From Spironucleus salmonicida (Eukaryota): a stretch of 64,000 nt of DNA. Location of the stretch: NCBI RefSeq assembly GCF_000497125.1, contig NC_090604.1, positions 124,001 through 188,000 on the forward strand. Direction: 5' to 3'. The translations under genes were made by a program, and so were the position numbers. Positions 53,023 to 63,353 of the stretch are shown one piece after another; the stretch's first letter is position 1; the number at the start of each line of letters is the position of its first letter. The notes under the pieces were generated by a model that saw only the letters and a list, made by a program, of their open reading frames with translations, had not been told where the DNA came from and ran no database searches.

Positions 53023-54249
53023 TCAGATCTCATTCCTCTGCACGAGGGGGAGCTCGGTGTGCATTCTCTGCTTCCTGCTGCGCACGGCGAAGGCCACGAC
53101 ACCGATGACCGCGGTCAGGGCGACGACACCGCCGAGGACGGCACCGATGGTGGCGGCCTGGGAGGCTCTGTTGGCGGGCGCGACGCACTGGTGGGCCTGG
53201 AAGAGGTAGCCGGGTCTGCACGCGGCGCAGTAGCGCTCGTCGCAGGACAGGCACCCCTCGGGGCAGGCGGCGCACTGGCCGGTGGTGGTCTGGCGGAAGC
53301 CGACCTCGCACTCGTTGCAGGAGTCGCCGCTCTGGACCTTGCAGTTGGCGATGCCGCCGGGGACGACTGGTGGAGGCGTGGGAGGGTTCACCGAGCCGCA
53401 GGAGCTGGCGTCGGCACAGACCCCGGCTGGGGTGAGGTAGAAGCCGAGCCCGCAACCGAGGCACTCGGAGGTGCTGCAGATGGCGCAGCCCTCGGCGCAG
53501 GGGACGCAGAGCCCGTTGGTGAGGGCGTGACCGGGGTGGCACACGAGGCAGCCGTCGGCGCCCTCGATCTGACAGGAGTTGGGCTTGGGCACGCATACGT
53601 TGTCCTGGACGGCGAGGCCTTCCTTGCACACGACGCACTTTTCTTCGTACTGGAAGTCGCAGTTGGCGACGGCGGCGAAGCAGTTGCCGCCCTGCTGGAC
53701 GAAGCCTGGGATGCAAGTGGTGCAGCCGGAGGCATCGGAGGATGCGCAGAGGGAAGGGTTGGTGACGCAGGTGTTGTTCATGACGGCGAAGCCCTCGCGG
53801 CAGTTGACACACTTCTCCTCGTACTGGTAGTCGCAGTTCTTCACGCCGGCGTAGCAGTTGCCGTTGGTGTTGGAGTAGCCAGGCTTGCAGCTGATGCAGC
53901 CCTCGGGGGTGTTGGTCTCGCAGAAGGCGGGGTTGGTGACGCACTTGTTGCCGGCGTTGGCCATGCCGTCCTTGCACACGACGCACTTCTCCTCGTACTG
54001 GAACTCGCAGTTGGCGACAGCCGCGAAGCAGTTGCCGTCCTGTTCGACGTGGCCGGGCTTGCAGGTGGCGCAGCCGTCGATGCCCTGAACGGAGCAGAGG
54101 GCGGGGTTGGTGACGCACTTGTTGTCGGCGACGGCGAAGCCCTCGCGGCAGTTGATGCAGGTGGCCTCGTACTGGAACTCGCAGTTCTTGATGTTGGGGA
54201 TGCAGGTGTTGTTCTCACGGTGGGTGTTGGTCGGGCAGGTCGCGCTCAT
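53023..54249 (-). CDS. Cysteine-rich membrane protein (VSP/CRMP-like), array copy 1, 408 aa
   Basis: Likely start MSATCPTN at 54249. Four 58-aa CxxC-rich repeats, TM IGAVLGGVVALTAVIGVVAFAV, tail RSRKQR, TGA followed by GTGA. Confidence 0.9.
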   Translation of the reverse strand: MSATCPTNTHRENNTCIPNIKNCEFQYEATCINCREGFAVADNKCVTNPALCSVQGIDGCATCKPGHVEQDGNCFAAVANCEFQYEEKCVVCKDGMANAGNKCVTNPAFCETNTPEGCISCKPGYSNTNGNCYAGVKNCDYQYEEKCVNCREGFAVMNNTCVTNPSLCASSDASGCTTCIPGFVQQGGNCFAAVANCDFQYEEKCVVCKEGLAVQDNVCVPKPNSCQIEGADGCLVCHPGHALTNGLCVPCAEGCAICSTSECLGCGLGFYLTPAGVCADASSCGSVNPPTPPPVVPGGIANCKVQSGDSCNECEVGFRQTTTGQCAACPEGCLSCDERYCAACRPGYLFQAHQCVAPANRASQAATIGAVLGGVVALTAVIGVVAFAVRSRKQRMHTELPLVQRNEI

Positions 54250-54436
54250 TGGTAGTGGAGTGGGCGGGTCGGATCGGGGGTATAATACGGTATTAGGCCG
54301 ATAATCTATTTCGGGCCGAGTTAGAATAGGTGGAGCGGAGTTGGATTGCCTTGGGTATCCGCGCCATCGTGCAGAATACCCGGCCGGGTGGAAGGGCGGA
54401 CCCATCCCGAGGCGGGCGGTGCGCGAGAAAGATAAA

Positions 54437-54552
54437 ATTCGGCACAGCTCTTTCCCTCGTAGTCTCCCAGCGAAGTACTCAATACTGCCAGGTCAGGCTT
54501 CACTTCACAATTTGGAACAAGATGTGGTGTTTAACTGACTGTATGACCGAAT
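54437..54552 (-). rRNA. 5S rRNA copy 3
   Basis: Identical to copy 1. Confidence 0.92.
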
Positions 54553-54649
54553 CGAGAGTACTGGGGCGTGGCCGCGGACCCGGGCGCTGGGCGGGTGCTG
54601 GGAAGCGGGCCCGCCCATCCCGAGGCGGGCGGTGCGCGAGAAAGATAAA

Positions 54650-54765
54650 ATTCGGCACAGCTCTTTCCCTCGTAGTCTCCCAGCGAAGTACTCAATACTG
54701 CCAGGTCAGGCTTCACTTCACAATTTGGAACAAGATGTGGTGTTTAACTGACTGTATGACCGAAT
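54650..54765 (-). rRNA. 5S rRNA copy 4
   Basis: Identical to copy 1. Confidence 0.92.
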
Positions 54766-54862
54766 CGAGAGTACTGGGGCGTGGCCGCGGACCCGGGCGC
54801 TGGGCGGGTGCTGGGAAGCGGGCCCGCCCATCCCGAGGCGGGCGGTGCGCGAGAAAGATAAA

Positions 54863-54978
54863 ATTCGGCACAGCTCTTTCCCTCGTAGTCTCCCAGCGAA
54901 GCACTCAATACTGCCAGGTCAGGCTTCACTTCACAATTTGGAACAAGATGTGGTGTTTAACTGACTGTATGACCGAAT
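54863..54978 (-). rRNA. 5S rRNA copy 5 (variant AGTGCT)
   Basis: One substitution at 54902. Confidence 0.88.
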
Positions 54979-55411
54979 CGAGAGTACTGGGACGGCCGGA
55001 AAGAAGGGGCGCCTCGCGCTGTTACTTTGCGACGCTTCCCGTGAGGCGCTAGCTCGAAGTGGGCCACGAGATGCTTCAGCTACCGCCCTGGGAAGCCAAG
55101 GTGAAAGTGCGTGGCTAAAGGTTGGGACGTACCAAGCCACTACGAAGTGGGAGTGAGACAGCATACTTAGGGGAGGCGCTGTGAAGGCAGATGACGGAGA
55201 AGTGACGGCTGCCCTTTCTAGCGTTTGGTTAGCTTGGGTGCATAGCCTCTGCTGGTAGATTTTGTTATAGGTGCAGTTAGTAAAAGCTAATGCTAGGGCT
55301 AGGCAATTAATAGAATAAATACTGCCGAAACGTATAAATAAATCATTAGCATAGCTTATCAGCCAGCTAGAGTGGAGGGACGTGAGGGCGCTATAAATCA
55401 AGTAGGGTCAC

Positions 55412-56638
55412 TCAGATCTCATTCCTCTGCACGAGGGGGAGCTCGGTGTGCATTCTCTGCTTCCTGCTGCGCACGGCGAAGGCCACGACACCGATGACCG
55501 CGGTCAGGGCGACGACACCGCCGAGGACGGCACCGATGGTGGCGGCCTGGGAGGCTCTGTTGGCGGGCGCGACGCACTGGTGGGCCTGGAAGAGGTAGCC
55601 GGGTCTGCACGCGGCGCAGTAGCGCTCGTCGCAGGACAGGCACCCCTCGGGGCAGGCGGCGCACTGGCCGGTGGTGGTCTGGCGGAAGCCGACCTCGCAC
55701 TCGTTGCAGGAGTCGCCGCTCTGGACCTTGCAGTTGGCGATGCCGCCGGGGACGACTGGTGGAGGCGTGGGAGGGTTCACCGAGACGCAGGAGCTGGCGT
55801 CGGCACAGACCCCGGCTGGGGTGAGGTAGAAGCCGAGCCCGCAACCGAGGCACTCGGAGGTGCTGCAGATGGCGCAGCCCTCGGCGCAGGGGACGCAGAG
55901 CCCGTTGGTGAGGGCGTGACCGGGGTGGCACACGAGGCAGCCGTCGGCGCCCTCGATCTGGCAGGAGTTGGGCTTGGGCACGCATACGTTGTCCTGGACG
56001 GCGAGGCCTTCCTTGCACACGACGCACTTTTCTTCGTACTGGAAGTCGCAGTTGGCGACGGCGGCGAAGCAGTTGCCGCCCTGCTGGACGAAGCCTGGGA
56101 TGCAAGTGGTGCAGCCGGAGGCATCGGAGGATGCGCAGAGGGAAGGGTTGGTGACGCAGGTGTTGTTCATGACGGCGAAGCCCTCGCGGCAGTTGACACA
56201 CTTCTCCTCGTACTGGAAGTCGCAGTTCTTCACGCCGGCGAAGCAGTTGCCGTTGGTGTTGGAGTAGCCAGGCTTGCAGCTGATGCAGCCCTCGGGGGTG
56301 TTGGTCTCGCAGAAGGCGGGGTTGGTGACGCACTTGTTGCCGGCGTTGGCCATGCCGTCCTTGCACACGACGCACTTCTCCTCGTACTGGAACTCGCAGT
56401 TGGCGACAGCCGCGAAGCAGTTGCCGTCCTGTTCGACGTGGCCGGGCTTGCAGGTGGCGCAGCCGTCGATGCCCTGAACGGAGCAGAGGGCGGGGTTGGT
56501 GACGCACTTGTTGTCGGCGACGGCGAAGCCCTCGCGGCAGTTGATGCAGGTGGCCTCGTACTGGAACGCGCAGTTCTTGATGTTGGGGATGCAGGTGTTG
56601 TTCTCACGGTGGGTGTTGGTCGGGCAGGTCGCGCTCAT
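55412..56638 (-). CDS. CRMP array copy 2 (4 amino-acid differences)
   Basis: As copy 1, with E>A, Y>F, Y>F and G>V. Confidence 0.9.
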   Translation of the reverse strand: MSATCPTNTHRENNTCIPNIKNCAFQYEATCINCREGFAVADNKCVTNPALCSVQGIDGCATCKPGHVEQDGNCFAAVANCEFQYEEKCVVCKDGMANAGNKCVTNPAFCETNTPEGCISCKPGYSNTNGNCFAGVKNCDFQYEEKCVNCREGFAVMNNTCVTNPSLCASSDASGCTTCIPGFVQQGGNCFAAVANCDFQYEEKCVVCKEGLAVQDNVCVPKPNSCQIEGADGCLVCHPGHALTNGLCVPCAEGCAICSTSECLGCGLGFYLTPAGVCADASSCVSVNPPTPPPVVPGGIANCKVQSGDSCNECEVGFRQTTTGQCAACPEGCLSCDERYCAACRPGYLFQAHQCVAPANRASQAATIGAVLGGVVALTAVIGVVAFAVRSRKQRMHTELPLVQRNEI

Positions 56639-56825
56639 TGGTAGTGGAGTGGGCGGGTCGGATCGGGGGTATAATACGGTATTAGGCCGATAATCTATTT
56701 CGGGCCGAGTTAGAATAGGTGGAGCGGAGTTGGATTGCCTTGGGTATCCGCGCCATCGTGCAGAATACCCGGCCGGGTGGAAGGGCGGACCCATCCCGAG
56801 GCGGGCGGTGCGCGAGAAAGATAAA

Positions 56826-56941
56826 ATTCGGCACAGCTCTTTCCCTCGTAGTCTCCCAGCGAAGTACTCAATACTGCCAGGTCAGGCTTCACTTCAAAAT
56901 TTGGAACAAGATGTGGTGTTTAACTGACTGTATGACCGAAT
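56826..56941 (-). rRNA. 5S rRNA copy 6 (helix III variant)
   Basis: One substitution at 56897. Confidence 0.88.
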
Positions 56942-57374
56942 CGAGAGTACTGGGACGGCCGGAAAGAAGGGGCGCCTCGCGCTGTTACTTTGCGACGCTT
57001 CCCGTGAGGCGCTAGCTCGAAGTGGGCCACGAGATGCTTCAGCTACCGCCCTGGGAAGCCAAGGTGAAAGTGCGTGGCTAAAGGTTGGGACGTACCAAGC
57101 CACTACGAAGTGGGAGTGAGACAGCATACTTAGGGGAGGCGCTGTGAAGGCAGATGACGGAGAAGTGACGGCTGCCCTTTCTAGCGTTTGGTTAGCTTGG
57201 GTGCATAGCCTCTGCTGGTAGATTTTGTTATAGGTGCAGTTAGTAAAAGCTAATGCTAGGGCTAGGCAATTAATAGAATAAATACTGCCGAAACGTATAA
57301 ATAAATCATTAGCATAGCTTATCAGCCAGCTAGAGTGGAGGGACGTGAGGGCGCTATAAATCAAGTAGGGTCAC

Positions 57375-58601
57375 TCAGATCTCATTCCTCTGCACGAGGG
57401 GGAGCTCGGTGTGCATTCTCTGCTTCCTGCTGCGCACGGCGAAGGCCACGACACCGATGACCGCGGTCAGGGCGACGACACCGCCGAGGACGGCACCGAT
57501 GGTGGCGGCCTGGGAGGCTCTGTTGGCGGGCGCGACGCACTGGTGGGCCTGGAAGAGGTAGCCGGGTCTGCACGCGGCGCAGTAGCGCTCGTCGCAGGAC
57601 AGGCACCCCTCGGGGCAGGCGGCGCACTGGCCGGTGGTGGTCTGGCGGAAGCCGACCTCGCACTCGTTGCAGGAGTCGCCGCTCTGGACCTTGCAGTTGG
57701 CGATGCCGCCGGGGACGACTGGTGGAGGCGTGGGAGGGTTCACCGAGCCGCAGGAGCTGGCGTCGGCACAGACCCCGGCTGGGGTGAGGTAGAAGCCGAG
57801 CCCGCAACCGAGGCACTCGGAGGTGCTGCAGATGGCGCAGCCCTCGGCGCAGGGGACGCAGAGCCCGTTGGTGAGGGCGTGACCGGGGTGGCACACGAGG
57901 CAGCCGTCGGCGCCCTCGATCTGGCAGGAGTTGGGCTTGGGCACGCATACGTTGTCCTGGACGGCGAGGCCTTCCTTGCACACGACGCACTTTTCTTCGT
58001 ACTGGAAGTCGCAGTTGGCGACGGCGGCGAAGCAGTTGCCGCCCTGCTGGACGAAGCCTGGGATGCAAGTGGTGCAGCCGGAGGCATCGGAGGATGCGCA
58101 GAGGGAAGGGTTGGTGACGCAGGTGTTGTTCATGACGGCGAAGCCCTCGCGGCAGTTGACACACTTCTCCTCGTACTGGTAGTCGCAGTTCTTCACGCCG
58201 GCGTAGCAGTTGCCGTTGGTGTTGGAGTAGCCAGGCTTGCAGCTGATGCAGCCCTCGGGGGTGTTGGTCTCGCAGAAGGCGGGGTTGGTGACGCACTTGT
58301 TGCCGGCGTTGGCCATGCCGTCCTTGCACACGACGCACTTCTCCTCGTACTGGAACTCGCAGTTGGCGACAGCCGCGAAGCAGTTGCCGTCCTGTTCGAC
58401 GTGGCCGGGCTTGCAGGTGGCGCAGCCGTCGATGCCCTGAACGGAGCAGAGGGCGGGGTTGGTGACGCACTTGTTGTCGGCGACGGCGAAGCCCTCGCGG
58501 CAGTTGATGCAGGTGGCCTCGTACTGGAACTCGCAGTTCTTGATGTTGGGGATGCAGGTGTTGTTCTCACGGTGGGTGTTGGTCGGGCAGGTCGCGCTCA
58601 T
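57375..58601 (-). CDS. CRMP array copy 3
   Basis: Protein identical to copy 1. Confidence 0.9.
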   Translation of the reverse strand: MSATCPTNTHRENNTCIPNIKNCEFQYEATCINCREGFAVADNKCVTNPALCSVQGIDGCATCKPGHVEQDGNCFAAVANCEFQYEEKCVVCKDGMANAGNKCVTNPAFCETNTPEGCISCKPGYSNTNGNCYAGVKNCDYQYEEKCVNCREGFAVMNNTCVTNPSLCASSDASGCTTCIPGFVQQGGNCFAAVANCDFQYEEKCVVCKEGLAVQDNVCVPKPNSCQIEGADGCLVCHPGHALTNGLCVPCAEGCAICSTSECLGCGLGFYLTPAGVCADASSCGSVNPPTPPPVVPGGIANCKVQSGDSCNECEVGFRQTTTGQCAACPEGCLSCDERYCAACRPGYLFQAHQCVAPANRASQAATIGAVLGGVVALTAVIGVVAFAVRSRKQRMHTELPLVQRNEI

Positions 58602-58788
58602 TGGTAGTGGAGTGGGCGGGTCGGATCGGGGGTATAATACGGTATTAGGCCGATAATCTATTTCGGGCCGAGTTAGAATAGGTGGAGCGGAGTTGGATTG
58701 CCTTGGGTATCCGCGCCATCGTGCAGAATACCCGGCCGGGTGGAAGGGCGGACCCATCCCGAGGCGGGCGGTGCGCGAGAAAGATAAA

Positions 58789-58904
58789 ATTCGGCACAGC
58801 TCTTTCCCTCGTAGTCTCCCAGCGAAGTACTCAATACTGCCAGGTCAGGCTTCACTTCACAATTTGGAACAAGATGTGGTGTTTAACTGACTGTATGACC
58901 GAAT
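58789..58904 (-). rRNA. 5S rRNA copy 7
   Basis: Identical to copy 1. Confidence 0.92.
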
Positions 58905-59001
58905 CGAGAGTACTGGGGCGTGGCCGCGGACCCGGGCGCTGGGCGGGTGCTGGGAAGCGGGCCCGCCCATCCCGAGGCGGGCGGTGCGCGAGAAAGATAA
59001 A

Positions 59002-59117
59002 ATTCGGCACAGCTCTTTCCCTCGTAGTCTCCCAGCGAAGTACTCAATACTGCCAGGTCAGGCTTCACTTCACAATTTGGAACAAGATGTGGTGTTTAAC
59101 TGACTGTATGACCGAAT
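59002..59117 (-). rRNA. 5S rRNA copy 8
   Basis: Identical to copy 1. Confidence 0.92.
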
Positions 59118-59550
59118 CGAGAGTACTGGGACGGCCGGAAAGAAGGGGCGCCTCGCGCTGTTACTTTGCGACGCTTCCCGTGAGGCGCTAGCTCGAAGTG
59201 GGCCACGAGATGCTTCAGCTACCGCCCTGGGAAGCCAAGGTGAAAGTGCGTGGCTAAAGGTTGGGACGTACCAAGCCACTACGAAGTGGGAGTGAGACAG
59301 CATACTTAGGGGAGGCGCTGTGAAGGCAGATGACGGAGAAGTGACGGCTGCCCTTTCTAGCGTTTGGTTAGCTTGGGTGCATAGCCTCTGCTGGTAGATT
59401 TTGTTATAGGTGCAGTTAGTAAAAGCTAATGCTAGGGCTAGGCAATTAATAGAATAAATACTGCCGAAACGTATAAATAAATCATTAGCATAGCTTATCA
59501 GCCAGCTAGAGTGGAGGGACGTGAGGGCGCTATAAATCAAGTAGGGTCAC

Positions 59551-60777
59551 TCAGATCTCATTCCTCTGCACGAGGGGGAGCTCGGTGTGCATTCTCTGCT
59601 TCCTGCTGCGCACGGCGAAGGCCACGACACCGATGACCGCGGTCAGGGCGACGACACCGCCGAGGACGGCACCGATGGTGGCGGCCTGGGAGGCTCTGTT
59701 GGCGGGCGCGACGCACTGGTGGGCCTGGAAGAGGTAGCCGGGTCTGCACGCGGCGCAGTAGCGCTCGTCGCAGGACAGGCACCCCTCGGGGCAGGCGGCG
59801 CACTGGCCGGTGGTGGTCTGGCGGAAGCCGACCTCGCACTCGTTGCAGGAGTCGCCGCTCTGGACCTTGCAGTTGGCGATGCCGCCGGGGACGACTGGTG
59901 GAGGCGTGGGAGGGTTCACCGAGCCGCAGGAGCTGGCGTCGGCACAGACCCCGGCTGGGGTGAGGTAGAAGCCGAGCCCGCAACCGAGGCACTCGGAGGT
60001 GCTGCAGATGGCGCAGCCCTCGGCGCAGGGGACGCAGAGCCCGTTGGTGAGGGCGTGACCGGGGTGGCACACGAGGCAGCCGTCGGCGCCCTCGATCTGA
60101 CAGGAGTTGGGCTTGGGCACGCATACGTTGTCCTGGACGGCGAGGCCTTCCTTGCACACGACGCACTTTTCTTCGTACTGGAAGTCGCAGTTGGCGACGG
60201 CGGCGAAGCAGTTGCCGCCCTGCTGGACGAAGCCTGGGATGCAAGTGGTGCAGCCGGAGGCATCGGAGGATGCGCAGAGGGAAGGGTTGGTGACGCAGGT
60301 GTTGTTCATGACGGCGAAGCCCTCGCGGCAGTTGACACACTTCTCCTCGTACTGGTAGTCGCAGTTCTTCACGCCGGCGTAGCAGTTGCCGTTGGTGTTG
60401 GAGTAGCCAGGCTTGCAGCTGATGCAGCCCTCGGGGGTGTTGGTCTCGCAGAAGGCGGGGTTGGTGACGCACTTGTTGCCGGCGTTGGCCATGCCGTCCT
60501 TGCACACGACGCACTTCTCCTCGTACTGGAACTCGCAGTTGGCGACAGCCGCGAAGCAGTTGCCGTCCTGTTCGACGTGGCCGGGCTTGCAGGTGGCGCA
60601 GCCGTCGATGCCCTGAACGGAGCAGAGGGCGGGGTTGGTGACGCACTTGTTGTCGGCGACGGCGAAGCCCTCGCGGCAGTTGATGCAGGTGGCCTCGTAC
60701 TGGAACTCGCAGTTCTTGATGTTGGGGATGCAGGTGTTGTTCTCACGGTGGGTGTTGGTCGGGCAGGTCGCGCTCAT
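59551..60777 (-). CDS. CRMP array copy 4
   Basis: Protein identical to copy 1. Confidence 0.9.
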   Translation of the reverse strand: MSATCPTNTHRENNTCIPNIKNCEFQYEATCINCREGFAVADNKCVTNPALCSVQGIDGCATCKPGHVEQDGNCFAAVANCEFQYEEKCVVCKDGMANAGNKCVTNPAFCETNTPEGCISCKPGYSNTNGNCYAGVKNCDYQYEEKCVNCREGFAVMNNTCVTNPSLCASSDASGCTTCIPGFVQQGGNCFAAVANCDFQYEEKCVVCKEGLAVQDNVCVPKPNSCQIEGADGCLVCHPGHALTNGLCVPCAEGCAICSTSECLGCGLGFYLTPAGVCADASSCGSVNPPTPPPVVPGGIANCKVQSGDSCNECEVGFRQTTTGQCAACPEGCLSCDERYCAACRPGYLFQAHQCVAPANRASQAATIGAVLGGVVALTAVIGVVAFAVRSRKQRMHTELPLVQRNEI

Positions 60778-60964
60778 TGGTAGTGGAGTGGGCGGGTCGG
60801 ATCGGGGGTATAATACGGTATTAGGCCGATAATCTATTTCGGGCCGAGTTAGAATAGGTGGAGCGGAGTTGGATTGCCTTGGGTATCCGCGCCATCGTGC
60901 AGAATACCCGGCCGGGTGGAAGGGCGGACCCATCCCGAGGCGGGCGGTGCGCGAGAAAGATAAA

Positions 60965-61080
60965 ATTCGGCACAGCTCTTTCCCTCGTAGTCTCCCAGCG
61001 AAGTACTCAATACTGCCAGGTCAGGCTTCACTTCACAATTTGGAACAAGATGTGGTGTTTAACTGACTGTATGACCGAAT
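60965..61080 (-). rRNA. 5S rRNA copy 9
   Basis: Identical to copy 1. Confidence 0.92.
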
Positions 61081-61177
61081 CGAGAGTACTGGGGCGTGGC
61101 CGCGGACCCGGGCGCTGGGCGGGTGCTGGGAAGCGGGCCCGCCCATCCCGAGGCGGGCGGTGCGCGAGAAAGATAAA

Positions 61178-61293
61178 ATTCGGCACAGCTCTTTCCCTCG
61201 TAGTCTCCCAGCGAAGTACTCAATACTGCCAGGTCAGGCTTCACTTCACAATTTGGAACAAGATGTGGTGTTTAACTGACTGTATGACCGAAT
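61178..61293 (-). rRNA. 5S rRNA copy 10
   Basis: Identical to copy 1. Confidence 0.92.
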
Positions 61294-61726
61294 CGAGAGT
61301 ACTGGGACGGCCGGAAAGAAGGGGCGCCTCGCGCTGTTACTTTGCGACGCTTCCCGTGAGGCGCTAGCTCGAAGTGGGCCACGAGATGCTTCAGCTACCG
61401 CCCTGGGAAGCCAAGGTGAAAGTGCGTGGCTAAAGTTTGGGACGTACCAAGCCACTACGAAGTGGGAGTGAGACAGCATACTTAGGGGAGGCGCTGTGAA
61501 GGCAGATGACGGAGAAGTGACGGCTGCCCTTTCTAGCGTTTGATTAGCTTGGGTGCATAGCCTCTGCTGGTAGATTTTGTTATAGGTGCAGTTAGTAAAA
61601 GCTAATGCTAGGGCTAGGCAATTAATAGAATAAATACTGCCGAAACGTATAAATAAATCATTAGCATAGCTTATCAGCCAGCTAGAGTGGAGGGACGTGA
61701 GGGCGCTATAAATCAAGTAGGGTCAC

Positions 61727-62953
61727 TCAGATCTCATTCCTCTGCACGAGGGGGAGCTCGGTGTGCATTCTCTGCTTCCTGCTGCGCACGGCGAAGGCCA
61801 CGACACCGATGACCGCGGTCAGGGCGACGACACCGCCGAGGACGGCACCGATGGTGGCGGCCTGGGAGGCTCTGTTGGCGGGCGCGACGCACTGGTGGGC
61901 CTGGAAGAGGTAGCCGGGTCTGCACGCGGCGCAGTAGCGCTCGTCGCAGGACAGGCACCCCTCGGGGCAGGCGGCGCACTGGCCGGTGGTGGTCTGGCGG
62001 AAGCCGACCTCGCACTCGTTGCAGGAGTCGCCGCTCTGGACCTTGCAGTTGGCGATGCCGCCGGGGACGACTGGTGGAGGCGTGGGAGGGTTCACCGAGC
62101 CGCAGGAGCTGGCGTCGGCACAGACCCCGGCTGGGGTGAGGTAGAAGCCGAGCCCGCAACCGAGGCACTCGGAGGTGCTGCAGATGGCGCAGCCCTCGGC
62201 GCAGGGGACGCAGAGCCCGTTGGTGAGGGCGTGACCGGGGTGGCACACGAGGCAGCCGTCGGCGCCCTCGATCTGGCAGGAGTTGGGCTTGGGCACGCAT
62301 ACGTTGTCCTGGACGGCGAGGCCTTCCTTGCACACGACGCACTTTTCTTCGTACTGGAAGTCGCAGTTGGCGACGGCGGCGAAGCAGTTGCCGCCCTGCT
62401 GGACGAAGCCTGGGATGCAAGTGGTGCAGCCGGAGGCATCGGAGGATGCGCAGAGGGAAGGGTTGGTGACGCAGGTGTTGTTCATGACGGCGAAGCCCTC
62501 GCGGCAGTTGACACACTTCTCCTCGTACTGGTAGTCGCAGTTCTTCACGCCGGCGTAGCAGTTGCCGTTGGTGTTGGAGTAGCCAGGCTTGCAGCTGATG
62601 CAGCCCTCGGGGGTGTTGGTCTCGCAGAAGGCGGGGTTGGTGACGCACTTGTTGCCGGCGTTGGCCATGCCGTCCTTGCACACGACGCACTTCTCCTCGT
62701 ACTGGAACTCGCAGTTGGCGACAGCCGCGAAGCAGTTGCCGTCCTGTTCGACGTGGCCGGGCTTGCAGGTGGCGCAGCCGTCGATGCCCTGAACGGAGCA
62801 GAGGGCGGGGTTGGTGACGCACTTGTTGTCGGCGACGGCGAAGCCCTCGCGGCAGTTGATGCAGGTGGCCTCGTACTGGAACTCGCAGTTCTTGATGTTG
62901 GGGATGCAGGTGTTGTTCTCACGGTGGGTGTTGGTCGGGCAGGTCGCGCTCAT
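61727..62953 (-). CDS. CRMP array copy 5
   Basis: Protein identical to copy 1. Confidence 0.9.
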   Translation of the reverse strand: MSATCPTNTHRENNTCIPNIKNCEFQYEATCINCREGFAVADNKCVTNPALCSVQGIDGCATCKPGHVEQDGNCFAAVANCEFQYEEKCVVCKDGMANAGNKCVTNPAFCETNTPEGCISCKPGYSNTNGNCYAGVKNCDYQYEEKCVNCREGFAVMNNTCVTNPSLCASSDASGCTTCIPGFVQQGGNCFAAVANCDFQYEEKCVVCKEGLAVQDNVCVPKPNSCQIEGADGCLVCHPGHALTNGLCVPCAEGCAICSTSECLGCGLGFYLTPAGVCADASSCGSVNPPTPPPVVPGGIANCKVQSGDSCNECEVGFRQTTTGQCAACPEGCLSCDERYCAACRPGYLFQAHQCVAPANRASQAATIGAVLGGVVALTAVIGVVAFAVRSRKQRMHTELPLVQRNEI

Positions 62954-63140
62954 TGGTAGTGGAGTGGGCGGGTCGGATCGGGGGTATAATACGGTATTAG
63001 GCCGATAATCTATTTCGGGCCGAGTTAGAATAGGTGGAGCGGAGTTGGATTGCCTTGGGTATCCGCGCCATCGTGCAGAATACCCGGCCGGGTGGAAGGG
63101 CGGACCCATCCCGAGGCGGGCGGTGCGCGAGAAAGATAAA

Positions 63141-63256
63141 ATTCGGCACAGCTCTTTCCCTCGTAGTCTCCCAGCGAAGTACTCAATACTGCCAGGTCAG
63201 GCTTCACTTCACAATTTGGAACAAGATGTGGTGTTTAACTGACTGTATGACCGAAT
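63141..63256 (-). rRNA. 5S rRNA copy 11
   Basis: Identical to copy 1. Confidence 0.92.
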
Positions 63257-63353
63257 CGAGAGTACTGGGGCGTGGCCGCGGACCCGGGCGCTGGGCGGGT
63301 GCTGGGAAGCGGGCCCGCCCATCCCGAGGCGGGCGGTGCGCGAGAAAGATAAA

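Noticed and set aside
53030-54255. Overlapping 362-aa and antisense 398-aa ORFs on the CRMP (likewise the 445-aa antisense ORF on beta-tubulin and the 357-aa one on dynein)
   Set aside because: These are shadow frames produced by extreme GC3 codon bias.
54250-54405. 52-aa N-terminal extension of the CRMP given in the ORF track (MGPPFHPAG...)
   Set aside because: That ATG lies in the 5S 3' spacer and the extension has no signal or Cys character. A TATA-like plus C-rich tract directly precedes ATG 54249, which is the more likely start (not proven).
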